Of a stretch of 64,000 bases of DNA, positions 1-12,578 are shown in pieces. This DNA is from the human T2T-CHM13v2.0 reference genome, Homo sapiens. A program made the position numbers and the translations under genes. The stretch covers positions 15,456,001 to 15,520,000 of the forward strand of contig CP068257.2 of NCBI GenBank assembly GCA_009914755.4, in the 5' to 3' direction. The notes under the pieces are model-generated. The model saw nothing but the letters and a program-made list of their open reading frames with translations. It did no database searches and had not been told where the DNA came from. Position 1 is the stretch's first letter, and each line of letters opens with the position of its first letter.

Positions 1-1618
1 GGAATATATTGCTTTTATACATTAAGCTCCAATATCACTTTGTATCTCTCTCTGAACTTACATTTTGCCTTGATTTGCAGTTATTTGTGTATTTGTTTCA
101 TTTCACTAGTAGATTATAAACCCCATGAGGTCAAACATTCTTCTTTGTATCATACACATCTTCTAGTCATAGTTTATAATCAAATATGCTAAAATTAGGT
201 AACAGACCAAAATAAATTCCTATTTCCATCATCACTGTATTTTGAATTTTGTTTAAATGACCCAATGAAATTAATTTTAATTAACTCTATTAGACCAGGT
301 TAGTAAAAGTAACCTAGAAATAATCTATATGAGGACCATAATTATCCTATTAGTTTGTGCTAAGGTTTGTTTATTTGTCCCCTTCAAAATTTAACTTCCT
401 GAGATAAGGAGGAACTGACCAGAACAGCCTGGGACCTGTTCCTATTCTTTCTAGAACAAGATGTCCTACAATACTTTAAGCCCAGTAACTCAAATTCATG
501 AAGGATAAAGCCCAGGACAGGCTGCTTTTCCAGAACCCTCAGCTACAGTGCAACATGGGCCACACACAGATGAGATTCCACACTAGGTAGCTTTCCTGAG
601 CCTTGGATGAACTCCATGAAGCCCAGGCTTCTACTGTCCCTTGCTGCCGATATGTGAGGAATAAAGTTGCTTCATTCACTGTGTTGTGTGTGTGTTCTTT
701 CTCCTCAGATTCATGTATGCAGCAGAAACTGCATTCCAAGATGCAGTGGACTGAAGCAGTAACCAGTGTAGAGTGATCTGCTTTGCAACAGGTTCCAAGG
801 ATTAGAATATGGACATTTTTGGATGACCTTATCAAGCCTACAAAAGGTTAATCCAAAAAGTATTACAATCTAAAATCTTGAGAAAACACAAAGTTTAATC
901 ACAACCACTAGAGCCATATGTCTAGAGGATCACTGTGTTCTCTAGGTGATGAAAAATCTCTAAACAGGATGGAAAAACCTAAATATGACTAAGTGGTAAG
1001 TTTCACAAAAAGACAAAACAGAAAGGTAGGAGGATGGAAAGTGGTATTTCTGGGAAAGCTGCATTTACCACCTCCTAAATGTCTTCTTCTCCCATTGATT
1101 CTGATCTCTTGTTTTACCAGTAAGTCAACTAGGAGGAGAAACACTGGACATGATGAATAAAATAGGTAGTGCTGAGAAGAAGAGAAACAGAAGGCATGGA
1201 CAATGTGCCCAAGAAGAGAAATATCTGAGGACATGGCCAATCCAAGGTGGAGGAATTCTATAAACAAACAATAACAACAATAATTATAATAACTACTTAG
1301 ATCCCTTTGCCATTTGCAAAATGGCCCTGAGCAGAGAATTCTGGTGTACTCACAATGTACAGGAGTTCAGCAAAATTTAAAGAGAGTACAAGATAAGCTC
1401 GTTACCTATATGACTGAATAAATGTGGATGTTGATAGCTCAGACAGGCCACCCTTCCAGTTCAAACAAGAACTTGTTTCAAATACAGAAAGAAGGCAATA
1501 TAAGAGATAGAAATTACACAGCAAATCCTACCATATCTTTTCTTACTTACATTGCTTTCCTATGTTAACCAGCCACTCATGTTGAAAATGATAATATAGA
1601 AGGAAAGGGAAAGAAAGG

Positions 1619-1969
1619 TGATATGGTTGGCTGTGTCCCCACCCAAATCTCAAGTCAAATTATATCTCCCAGAACTCCCACGTGTTGTGGGAGGGACCCA
1701 GGAGGAGGTCATTGAACCATGGGGGCCAGTCTTTCCATCCTAGTTTCATGACAGTGAATAAGTCTCACGAGATCCAATGGGTTTATCAGGTGTTTCCACT
1801 TTTGCTTCTTCCTCATTTTCTCTTGCCGCCACCATGTAAGAAGTGCCTTTCACCTCCTGCCATGATTCTGAAGCCTCCTCAGCCATGTGGAACTGTAAGT
1901 CCAATTAAACCTCTTTTTGTTCCCAGTCTTGGGTATGTCTTTATCAGCAAGTGAAAATGGACTAATTCA
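1619..1969 (+). mobile_element. Solo LTR of a THE1/MST-type MaLR (ERVL-MaLR) retrotransposon
   Basis: Starts TGATATGGTTGGCTGTGTCCCCACCCAAATCTCA. Contains CCCACGTGTTGTGGGAGGGACCCAGGAGGAGGTCATTGAACCATGGGGGCC and ...GCCGCCACCATGTAAGAAGTGCCTTT...CCTCCTCAGCCATGTGGAACTGTAAGTCCAATTAAACCTCTT. Ends GGGTATGTCTTTATCAGCAAGTGAAAATGGACTAATTCA. This is the canonical THE1/MST LTR architecture, with no flanking internal sequence. TSD not recognisable. Confidence 0.75.
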
Positions 1970-4079
1970 ATAGAGCAACCAGGGTTCTTTTTCCTTTCAG
2001 TCCTTCCTTAATTATCAGTAGGCTGAAAGTAGAAAGTATTAGAATGTGTGCATATCAAAAAGTGATATGAATACAGTTGCATTAGTTTAGGGTAGTGTTT
2101 GCACTGTTTCAGAAAATATATTTGCATATACATTCTACCAAATCTGAATTATGTGATATTGTTGATTCACAATTAGATTCTCTGAAATTTGTATTAAAAC
2201 TGTCATTGTATGAGACAAAGATTAACAGTAAAAATTATGTTAATGATTTAAAATTTTATTTTATTTTTACTTTGACATTAAATAGCAAATAAAAATAAAT
2301 AACTCACAGAGAAACATGAAGTGAAGAAAAAAAACAAATTTTAACACATTTAGCAGGATTTTTTTCCTGAATTTTGAACAAGAGGCCTCACATTTTCATT
2401 TTTACTGGGCCTCACGAATTACATAAGACCGTGTACCCCTACCATCTGACTGGTTTGAGCATAAGATAATTGATGCAGAATTGGTTTTCATTAAGATCAA
2501 AACCTGTGAGGAATTCAGTTACATTTTGCTGTCCTTTCCTGAGCATAGCTTAGTTCTAAATGTTCAATGTTTCTTGTAATAACTGCATGGTGCAAGTCTC
2601 AAAGCTTCCTTTGTCTTGCCAGGACTTAAAACACTAGATAATCTGCCTGTTTCCATAAATTAAAAAAAAAAAAAAGTCTCCTATTTCTCATCTTACCTGT
2701 ACTCCGTAAGCTTGGTTCCTTGATACCAAACCACAGATTATTTTTTCTCACATTAAAATAAGAAACTCTGTGTGTAAGTGCCCAAATAAATCTTTCATGA
2801 CCTTAATTATAGGTAATACTATGTTAAATTTGCCTCCAACAGATGAGAGTACAATCATCTTACTGGAAATGTTGAAATTAAAATATTTTCTTGATAGAAA
2901 TTATAAACCCCTGAAAGCTGACCATAGTAAGCTTATAGATTTTTAGTGAAGTTTTTAAAGTGGTAGTGGTCAGTTGGATGATATATGGATTTACTTCTGA
3001 GAGCAATGCTGTGTTGCTTTATACTTCAAATCAGTGGTTAAAACCAGATTCTCGTAGAGGCCAGGAGGGCTCTAAAGTTGTATTAAGGCCCAACAAGATC
3101 CAAGATTGGATCAAGGATGCCAATCAGATAGCAGTCCAGATCTTTTTCCTATACCATTGCTCCAACTGTTGAAATTCCATGCAATAAGCTAGACCTCTAG
3201 ATAAGCTTTCATTGGGAGAAACCATTGTGGGGTTTAAAGGAAAACACAGCAACAAATCTCTCCCCATCACTTTACCAAATAACCTGATCTTTATAAGACA
3301 AAAAATAATGAAAGATAAAGAGAACATAAAGAATTTTCTAGGAGTTGGCCATAAGATGGCTGATTAGAAGAATATGCAGTCCATGGCACTCACAAAGAGG
3401 AACAAAAGGGGTGAGTGAATACAGCACCTTCAACTGAAATATCCAGATTCTTGCATTGGGACTGATTAGGCAAACAACTCGGCCCATGGAGAATGAAGAA
3501 AAGCAAGGTGGGGCAAAGGCCCACCAGGGAGCAACACAGTGCCAAGGGAACCCCCACCCCCAGCAAAGGGAAGTGATGAGTGATTGTGTGACCCAACTTG
3601 GGAAACCATGCTTCTCCCACAGATCTTTGCAACCTTCAGATCAGGAGATCCCCTCGTGAGCCCACACTACCAGGACCTTGGGTCTGACACATAGAACTGT
3701 GTAGTCTCAGCAGAGCAGCTGCTCAGTCACACACAGAGACCCAGGAGCTTTCCATACTCTGGCCCTGGGATTTCCAACAAACATGTCTGCAACTCAGGCA
3801 AAACAGGAGGTCTGTACAGACCCCTAGGAAGGGGAATGAATCCAAGGAGCCAAGCAGTGTCATTCTGCAGGCCCCACTTCCATGGCACCTCACAAGATAA
3901 GACTCACTGGTTTGGAATTCCAGTGAGCCAATGGCAACAGGGTAGAGCCTGCCTGAGACAGGACAGAGTTCCAGTCCTCCAGGGGAGGAGTGGCTGCCAT
4001 GTCTATAGTCCAGTCAACTCAGCTGTTCCAGCCTGCCAGTTTTGGAGAGTGCAAATGGCCCGGTCAAGGAAGGGTCCCT

Positions 4080-4500
4080 GCCAAGGCAGCACAGCTGCTT
4101 TACCAGATCATGGCCAGACTACTTCTTCAAATGGGACCCTGATCCATTCCTCCTCACTGGGCAGGACCTCCCTGCCAGGGCTTCAACTATCCCAGCCAGT
4201 TTCCTATGAACACAGCTCTGATCTCTCCATGGGGTGGAGCCCCTGGAGGAGGAGCAAGCCATGATCACCACTCTTTGGTTGACTCAGCCATTTCAACTGG
4301 CTTTGGAAAGTCCAAACAATCCAGCCAAGAAAGGCTACCCCCAGAGCAGCACAGCCACTTTGCCAGATCACGGACAGATATCTTCTTTAAGCAGAACTTT
4401 AATCCATTCCTCCTCATGGTTCAGGTCTTCCCAGCTGGGGGCCTTGAGCCACCCCTTTCCATATTCTATGGCCAACAGAGCTCTAATTTTCTTCTGGGAC
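4080..4500 (+). repeat. Tandem duplication (about 2 x 180 bp) inside the L1 5'UTR
   Basis: The block CCAAGGCAGCACAGCTGCTTTACCAGATCATGGCCAGACTACTTCTTCAAATGGGACCCTGATCCATTCCTCCTCACTGGGCAGGACCTCCC... recurs as CCCCAGAGCAGCACAGCCACTTTGCCAGATCACGGACAGATATCTTCTTTAAGCAGAACTTTAATCCATTCCTCCTCATGGTTCAGGTCTTCCC... Overlapping ORFs in the track (3836-4601) read the same diverged peptide twice. Confidence 0.7.
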
Positions 4501-5178
4501 AAAGTGTCCCATGGGTGGGGCAGTCTGCCATGGTGGCTGTTCGGGCATCTCAGTCAATCCAGCCTGTGGGCCCTGAAGAGCCCATAGTGAACAGAGTCTG
4601 AAAGGATCACTAACACAGCATACCTGCTCTACCAAAAAGCACCCAGACTGCTCCTTTAAGTGAGCACCTGATCCTGTTCCTCCTGACAGGGTGAGACCTC
4701 CAAACGGGTCTCCAGCTACCTCCTACTGGCACATTTGGGCTGGCAACTGGTCAATACCCCGCTGGGTGAAGCTTCCAGAGGAAGGAGCAGGCTGTCATCT
4801 TTTCTGTTTCCCAAGCTTCACTGGTGATACCTCTAGATATGGGAAAAACCAAGGCAATTAGGGTCCAGAGTGGACCCCAAGCAAGCTTCAGCAGCCCTAC
4901 AGAAGAGTGGCATATTTAAAGAAAAATAAGCAAACAGAAAACAACAGCAACAAAAAAGACCCCACAAAACTCCATTAAAAGGTTAGCATCCCCAAAGATC
5001 AAAGGTAGATAAGCCCATAAAGATAAGAAAGAATCAGCACAAAAACACCAAAAACTCAAAAATCCAGAGGGCCCCTTCTCTTCCAGATGACTGCAACACC
5101 TCTGAAGCAAGGGCTCAGAACTGGGCTGAGGCTGAGATGGCTGAAATGATAGAAGTAGAATTCAGAGGGTGAGTAATA

Positions 5179-5754
5179 ATGAACTTGGCTGAGCTAAAGC
5201 AGCATGTTGTAATCCAATGCAAAGAAGATAAGAATCATAATAAAACAATACAGGAGCTGACAGTCAAAATAGCCAGTTTAGAGAGAAACACCAACCTGTT
5301 AGACCTGAGAAACACACTACAGGAACTTCACAATGCAATCACAAATATTCATAGCAGAATAGCCCAAGTGAAGGAAAGAATTTCAGAGCTTGAAGACTAT
5401 CTTTCTGAAATAAGACAAGCAGGCAAGAATAGAGAAAAAAAGAATGAAAAGGAATGAAAGAAAACCTCTGAGAAATATGGAATTATATAAAGAGACTGAA
5501 CCTATGACTGACGGGGATACCTGAAAGAGACAGAGAATGGAACCAATTTGAAAAAAATACTTCAGGATATCATCCATGAGAACTTCCCCAACCTGGCTAG
5601 ACAGGCCAACATTCAAATTCAGGAAATGCAGAGAACTTCAGTAAGATACTCCACAAGAAGATCATCTCCAAAACACGTAATAATCAGACGCTCCAAGGTC
5701 AAAATGGAAGAAAAAATGTTAATGGCTGCCAGAAAGAAAGGCCAGGCCACTTAA
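5179..5754 (+). pseudogene. LINE-1 ORF1 remnant (ORF1p coiled-coil and RRM/CTD region), C-terminally deleted
   Basis: ORFs 5179-5457 (MNLAELKQ...ELHNAITNIHSRIAQVKERISELEDYLSEIRQAGKNREKKNEKE) and 5548-5754 (...IIHENFPNLARQANIQIQEMQRT...HVIIRRSKVKMEEKMLMAARKKGQAT) match L1 ORF1p. The reading frame is broken between them. Confidence 0.85.
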
Positions 5755-5789
5755 AAAGGGTCCCATCTCACAAGAGACCCATCTCACAA

Positions 5790-8700
5790 GCAATGATACA
5801 CATAGGCTCAAAGTAAAGGAATGGAGAAAAATTTACCAAGCAAATGGAAAACAGAAAAAAGCAGAGGTTGCAATCCTAGTTTTTGACAAAACACACTTTA
5901 AACCAACAACGATCAAAAAAGACAAAGAAGGGCATTACACAATGGTAAAGGGGTCATTTCAACAAGAAGAGCTAACTAGCCTGAAAATACATGCACCCAA
6001 TACAGGAACAACCAGATTCAAAAAGCAGGTTCTTAGAGACTTTCAAAGAGGCTTAGACTCACACACAGTTAAGAATGGGAGACTTTAACACCCCACTGAC
6101 AATATTAAACTCATTATAGAGACAGAAAATTAACAAAGATATTCAGTGCCTTACTCAGCTCTGAATCAAGTGGACCTGACAGATATCTGTAGAACTCTTC
6201 ACCCAAAAGCAACAGAATGTACATTGTTCTCATCTCCACATGGCACTTACTCTAAAATTGATCACAGAATTGGAAGTAAAACATTCTTCAGCAACTGCAA
6301 AAGAACTGAAGTCATAACAAACAGGCTCTCAGACCACAGCACAATCAAATTAGAACCCAATATTAAGAAACTCACTCAAAACCACACAACTACATAAAAA
6401 TCAAACAACCTGCTCCTGAATGACTCTTAGGTGAAAAATGAAATTAAGGTAGAAACCAAGAAGTTCTTTGAAACCAGTGAGAACAAAGATACAATGTACC
6501 AGAATTCCTGGGACACAGCTAAAGCATGATAAATAGGGAAATTTGTAGCACTAAATGCCTATATCAAAAAGCTAGAAAGATCTTAAGTTAAAAATCTAAC
6601 ATCACAACTAAAAGAACTAGAGAACCTAGACCAAATGAATTCCAAAGCTAGCAGAAGACAAGAAATAACCAAGATTAGAGTGGAACTGAAGAAGATAAAG
6701 ACACAAAAACCCTTCAAAAAATCAACAAATTCAGGAACAGATTTTTTGAAAAAATTAATAAAATAGACTGCTAGCTACACTAATAAAGAAAAAATGAAGG
6801 AAGAATCAAACACAATCAGAAATGATCAGGAGTGTTTTACCACTTACCCCACAGAAATACAAACAACCATCAGAGAATAATACAAACACTTCTATGCACG
6901 TAAACTAGAAAATATATATTAAAAAGGATACATTTCTAGACACATACACCCTCCCAAGACTGAACCAGGAAGAAATTGAATCCCTGAGTAGACCAATAAT
7001 GAGCTCTGAAACTGAGGCAGTAATAAATAGCCTACCAACCATAAAAAGCCCAGGACCAGATGAATTCACAGCTGAATTCTACCACAGGTACAAAGAAGAG
7101 CTGGTACCATTTCTACTGAAACTATACCAAAGAAATTGAAAAGGAGAGACTCCTCCCTAACTTATTTCATGAGGGTACCATCATACTGATACAAAAGCCT
7201 GACAGACATACAGAAAAAAAAAGAAAGAAAAAAATAAACTTCACGCCAATATCCTCGATGAACATTGATGCAAAAATCTTCAATAAAATACTGGAAAACC
7301 AAATCCAGCAGCACATCAAAAAGCTTATCCATCACAATCAAGTAGGCTTTCTCCCTGGGATGCAAGGTTGGTTCAACATATGCAAATCAATAAATGTGAT
7401 TCATCACATATAAACAGAAGTAAGACAAAAACCACTAATTATTTCAACAGATGCAGAAAAGGCTTTTGATCTGATTCAGTATTCTTTCATGTTAAAAACT
7501 CTCAACAGACTAGGTATTGAAGGAAAATACCTCAAAATCATAAGAGCCATATATGACAAATATGACAAACCCATAGCCAATATCATACCAAGTGGGCAAA
7601 AGATGGAAGCATTCCCCTTGAAAACCAGCACAAGACAAGTATGTCCTCTCTCACCACTCCTATTCAACATAGGAAACATAGGAAAGTTCTGCCTAGGGCA
7701 ATCAGGCAAGAGAAAGAAATAAAGAGCATTCAAATAGAAAGAGAGGAAGTCTGTTTGCAGATGACATAATCCTACATCTAGAAAACCCCATCATTTCACC
7801 CCAAAAGCTTCTTAAGCTGATAAGCAACTTTAGCAAAGTCTCAGGGTACAAACTCAAATGCAAAAATCACTGGCATTCCTATATACCAACAACAAGCAAG
7901 CAGAGAGACAAATCATGAATGAACTCCCTTTCACAATTGCCACAAAAAGAAAAAAAGTACCTAGGAATACAGCTAACAAGGGAAGTGAAGGACCTTTTCA
8001 AGGAGAACTACAAACCACTGCTCAAGGAAATCAGAGAGGACACAAGCAGAGAAAAACATTCCATGCTGATTGTATTAGTTCGTTTTCACGCTACTGATAA
8101 AGACATACGTAAGACTGGGAACAAAAATAGGTTTAATTGGAATTACAGTTCCACATGGCTGGGGAGTCCTCAGAATCATGGTGGGAGGTGAAAGGCACTT
8201 CTTACATGGCAACGGCAAGAGAAAAATGAGGAAGAAGCAAAAGCAGAAACCCCTGATAAACCCATCAGAGCTTGTGAGACTTATTCACTATCACGAGAAT
8301 AATACAGGAAAGACCAGACCCCATGATTCCACTATCTCCTCCTGGGTCCCTCCCACAACACATGGGAATTCTGGGAGATACAATCTGAGTTGAGATTGGG
8401 GCAGGGGGAGGTGACACAGCCAAACCATATCATCATGTCCTCACATGTCAAAACCAATTATGAATTCCCAACAGTCCCCCAAATTCTTAACTCACTTCAG
8501 CATTAACCCAAAAGTACACAAGTCCAAAGTCTCATCTGAGACAAGGCAAGTCCCTTCCACTTATGATCCTGTAAAATCAAAAGCAAGCTAGTTATTTTCT
8601 AGATACAATGGAGGTACAGGTATTGGGTAAATTCAGTCATTCCAAATGGGAGAAATTGGCCAAAACAAAGAAGTTACAGGGCCCATACAGGTCCAAAATC

Positions 8701-11700
8701 CAGCAGGGCAGTCAAATTTTAAAGCTCCAAAATGATCTCCTTTGATTCTATGTCTCAAATCCAGATTACACCGATGCAAGAAGTGAATTCCCATAGTCTG
8801 GGGCAGCTCCACCCCTGTGGCTTCACAGGGTACAGACTCCCTCCTGGCTCCTTTCACAAGCTGGCATTGAGTGTCTGCAGCTTTTCCAGATGCACGGTTC
8901 AAGCTACCAGTGGATCTACCATTCTGGGGTCTGGAAGATGGTGGCCCTCTTCTCATGGCTCCACTAGGCAGTGCCCCAGTAGTGACTCTGTGTAGGGGCT
9001 CTGATCACACACTTCCCTTCTGTGCTGCTCTAGCAGAGGCTCTCCATGAGGACCCCACCCCTGCAGCCAACTTTTGCCTGGGCATCCAGGCATTTCCATA
9101 CACTTTCTAAAATCTAGGTGGAGGTCCCAAACCTCAATTCTTGACTTCTGTGTACCCGCAGGCTGAATACCACATGGAAACTTCTGAGGCTTGGGACTTC
9201 CACCCTCTGAAGCCACAGCCTGAGCTCTATGTTGGCTCCTTTCAGCCACAGCTAGAGTGGCTGGAACACAGGGCACCAACTCCCTAGGCGGCACACAGCA
9301 TGGGGACCCTGGGTCTGGCCCACAAAACCACTTTTTCCTCCTGGGCATCCAGGCCTCTGATGAGAAGAGCTGCCATGAAGGTCTCTGACATGGCCTGGAG
9401 AAATTTTCACCATGGTCTTGGGGATTAACATTAGTCTCCTTGTTACTTATGTAGATTTCTGCAGCCAGCTTGAATTTCTCCCCAGAAAATTGGTTTTTCT
9501 TTTCTATCACATTGTCAGGCTACAAATTTTCTGAACTTTTACACTCTGCACCTGTTATAAAATTGAATGCCTTTAACAGTACTCAAGTCACCTCTTGAAT
9601 GACTTGCTGCTTAAGAAATTTATTCCACCAGATACCCTAAATCATCTCTCTGAAGTTCAAAGTTTCACAAATCTCTAGGGCAGAGGTAAAATGCTGCCAG
9701 TCTCTTTGCTAAAACATAACAAGAGTCATCTTTGCTCCAGTTCCCAACAAGTTCCTCATCTCCATCTGACACCACCTCGGCCTGAACCTTAATGTCCATA
9801 TCGCTATCAGCATTTTGGGCAAAGCCATTCAAGAAGTCTCTAGGAAGTTCCAAACTTTCCCATATTTTCCTGTCTTCTTCTTAGCCCTCCAAACTGTTCC
9901 AACCTCTGCCTGTTACCCAGTTCCAAAGTCACTTCCACATTTTCAGGTATCTTTTCAGCAACTCCCCACTCTACTTGTACCAACTTACTGTATTAGTTCG
10001 TTACACACTGCTTATAAAGACATGCCCAAAACTGAGAACAAAAAGGGGTTTAATTGGACTAACAGTTCCACATGGCTGGGGAGGCCTCAGAATCATGGTG
10101 GGAGGCAAAAGTCACTTCTTACATGGCAGCGGCAAGAGAAAATTGTGGGAGAAACAAAAGCGGATACCCCTGATAAACTCATCAGATCTTGTGAGGCTTA
10201 TTCACCATAATGAGAATAGCACAGGAAAGACCAGCCCCCATGATTCAATTACCTCCTCCTGTATGCCTCCCACAACACATGGGAATTCTGGGAGACACAA
10301 TTCAAGTTGAGATTTGGGCAGGGACACAGCCAAACCATATCACTCATGGATAGAAGGAATCAATATCATTGAAATGGCCATACTTCCCAAAGTAATTTAT
10401 AGGTTCAATGCTATTCCCATTAAACTACCATTGACATTCTTCACAGAATTAGAAAAAAAAAAACTGTTTTAAAATTCATATGGAACCAAAAAAGAGCCCA
10501 AATAGCAAAGACAATCCTAAGAAAAAAGAACAAAGCTGGAGTCATCACACTACCTGACTTCAAACTATACTACAAGGCTACAGTGACCAAAATAGCATGG
10601 CACTGGTACAGAAACAGACACATAGACCAATGGAACAGAATAGAGAACTCAGAAATAAGATCACACACCTACAACCATCTGATCTTCAACAAACCTGACA
10701 AAAACAAGCAATGGGAAAAGGATTTTCTATTAAATAAATGGTGCTGGGAGAACTGGCTGGCCAGATGCAAAAAAAAATTTTGAACCCAAACCCCTTCCTT
10801 ATACCTTATTCAAAAATTAACTCAAGATGGATTAAAGACTTAAACGTGAAACCCAAAACTATAAAAATTCTACAAGACAATCTAGGCAATACCATTCAGG
10901 ACATAGGCACAGACAAAGATTTTATGACAAAAATGCCTAAAGCAATTGCAACAAAAGCTAAAATTGACAAATGGGATCTAATTGAACTAAAGAGCTTCTC
11001 CACAGCAAAAGAAACTATCATCAAAGTGGACAGACAACCTATAGAATAGGAGAAAATTTTTACAATCTATTCATCTGACAAAGGTCTAACATCCAGCATC
11101 TACAGCGAACTTAAGCAAATTTACAGGAAAAAAAAAAAAAAAAACAACAACAACCACCTCATTAAAAAGTGGGCAATGGACATAAGTGGACACTTCCCAA
11201 AAGAAGACATATATATGGACAAAAAAACATTGAAAAAAAAAGTTCAACGTCACTAATCATTAGAGAAATGCAAATAAAAACCACAGTGAGATATCATTTC
11301 TCACCAATCAGAATGGCTATTATTAAAAAGTCAAAAAATTACAGATGCTCATGAGGTTGTCAGAAAAAGGAATGCTTATGTACTGTTGGTAGGACAGGAA
11401 ATTAGTTCAAACATTATGGAAGACAATTCCTCAAAGATCTAGAAGCAGAAATACCATTTGACCCAGCAATCCCATTACTGTATATATACCCAAAGGAATA
11501 TAAATAATTCTATTATAAAGATACATGCATGTGTATGTTCATTGCAGCACTATTCACAATAGCAAAGACCTAGAACCAATCTAAACACCCTCCAGTGATA
11601 GACTGGATAAAGAACACACCATGGAATACTATGCAGCCATAAAAAGAAACAAGATCATGTCCTTTGCAGGGACATGGGTGGAGCTGGAAGCCATTATCCT

Positions 11701-11761
11701 CAGGAAACTAATGCAGGAACACAAAACCAAATATGTGTTCTCATTTATAAGTTGGAGCTGA
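5790..11761 (+). pseudogene. LINE-1 ORF2 remnant (EN, RT and C-terminal domains), split by MaLR insertion and lacking its first ~40 codons
   Basis: Translations match L1 ORF2p: ...ETHLTxxDTHRLKVKGW..., DLTDICRTLHP...[11 protein letters not shown] motifs (...[19 protein letters not shown]...), ...KWKNIPCS | MaLR | ...[27 protein letters not shown]...WCWENWLA... Final degenerate stop at 11759-11761. Confidence 0.85.
8071..10342 (-). mobile_element. Full-length THE1/MST-class MaLR element (LTR - internal - LTR), nested in L1 ORF2
   Basis: Two LTR copies, 8071-8432 and 9989-10342. Both run TGTATTAGTTCG...CACATGGCTGGGGAG.CCTCAGAATCATGGTGGGAGG...CCTCCCACAACACATGGGAATTCTGGGAGA...GACACAGCCAAACCATATCA, which is the reverse complement of the THE1/MST LTR. 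They flank about 1.56 kb of THE1-type internal sequence. On the minus strand the internal region encodes ...KKNQFSGEKFKLAAEIYISNKETNVNPQDHGENFSRPCQRP..., matching the THE1 internal consensus as I recall it. Flanked by 5-bp direct repeats CTGAT (8066-8070) and CTCAT (10343-10347). Confidence 0.8.
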
Positions 11762-12415
11762 ATAATGAGAACACATGGACACATGGGAGAGAGAGACAAA
11801 GCACACTGGGCCCTGTTGGAGGGTCGGAGGTTGGAGGAGGGAGAGCATCCGGAAGAATAGCTAATGGATGCTGGGCTTAATACCTAGGTAATGGGATGAT
11901 CTGTGAGGCAAACTGCCATGGCACATCTTTATCTATGTAATGAACCTGCACATCCTACACAGGTACCCCTGAACTTAAAAGTGGGGAAAAAAAGAACCAT
12001 ACTTTGAGCAGCCAGATTTTAAATTTTCCCAGAGCTCTTTCAACATTACCTATAGTGTCTTAGGATGGGTGAAGATTTTTGCATGTAATAGTTCTAGTTT
12101 TTCTTCTGTTTTTATTTGGCCTGCTTTGTAAATGTCATTTTAGGTGCTTGCTTCATAACAGAATAGCAGAATTGATGCAACTACATTAAAACAGAAAGGG
12201 AGACACAGTGTCCGGCTGCCTTGGGCATTTCTGTTAACAGAAATGGAAGTCTTTCAGAGGACTTAATTTTTAATAGCTATGCTATCAGATTCTCAGTCTT
12301 GGCATTAGGGCTAGGTGTTGGAACTTCCCATAAAGTGTTCTCATTATGGACTCTCTGCTCCATACCATAAAATGAAGATAAATAAATAAATATTTTTTAA
12401 AAGCATTTTCTAAAT

Positions 12416-12578
12416 AAACACACTGGAGACTTTCGGAGAATGGAAGGTGGGAGGAGGGAGAGCATCAGTTAAAATGACCAATAGGTACTAGGCTTAATAC
12501 TGGGGTGATGAAATAATCTGTAGAACAAACCTGTACTTGTAACAAATCTGCACTTGTACCCCTGAACTTAAAAGTTTT
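12416..12578 (+). mobile_element. Severely 5'-truncated LINE-1 3'-end fragment with A-tail and target-site duplication
   Basis: CACTGGAGACTTTCGGAGAATGGAAGGTGGGAGGAGGGAGAGCATCAGTTAAAATGACCAATAGGTACTAGGCTTAATACTGGGGTGATGAAATAATCTGTA...CTGCACTTGTACCCCTGAACTTAAAAG matches the L1 3' terminus. Flanked by AAAAGCATTTTCTAAATAAA (left) and AAAAAAATTTCTAAATAAA (right). Confidence 0.75.

Larger units (their letters stand above)
3341..11995 (+). mobile_element. Full-length LINE-1 of an older L1P (L1PB/L1MA-like) type, interrupted by a nested MaLR element at 8071-10342
   Basis: 5' start GGAGTTGGCCATAAGATGGCTGATTAGAAG resembles the L1 5' terminus GGAGGAGCCAAGATGGCCGAATAGGAAC. Long 5'UTR with internal tandem repeat. 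ORF1p-like coiled-coil and C-terminal ORFs at 5179-5754. ORF2p EN/RT/C-terminal homology runs through 5790-8070 and resumes exactly at 10343. It ends in the L1 3'UTR ...CCTGAACTTAAAAGTGGGGAAAAAAAG. Many stops and frameshifts. Confidence 0.9.

Noticed and set aside
8953-9510. 185-aa ORF (minus strand) as a possible gene
   Set aside because: It lies entirely within the internal region of the nested THE1/MST MaLR element and matches the MaLR internal consensus as I recall it. MaLR internal regions are regarded as non-autonomous with no known protein product, and the ORF is flanked by stops. It is most likely a chance open stretch of the repeat consensus.
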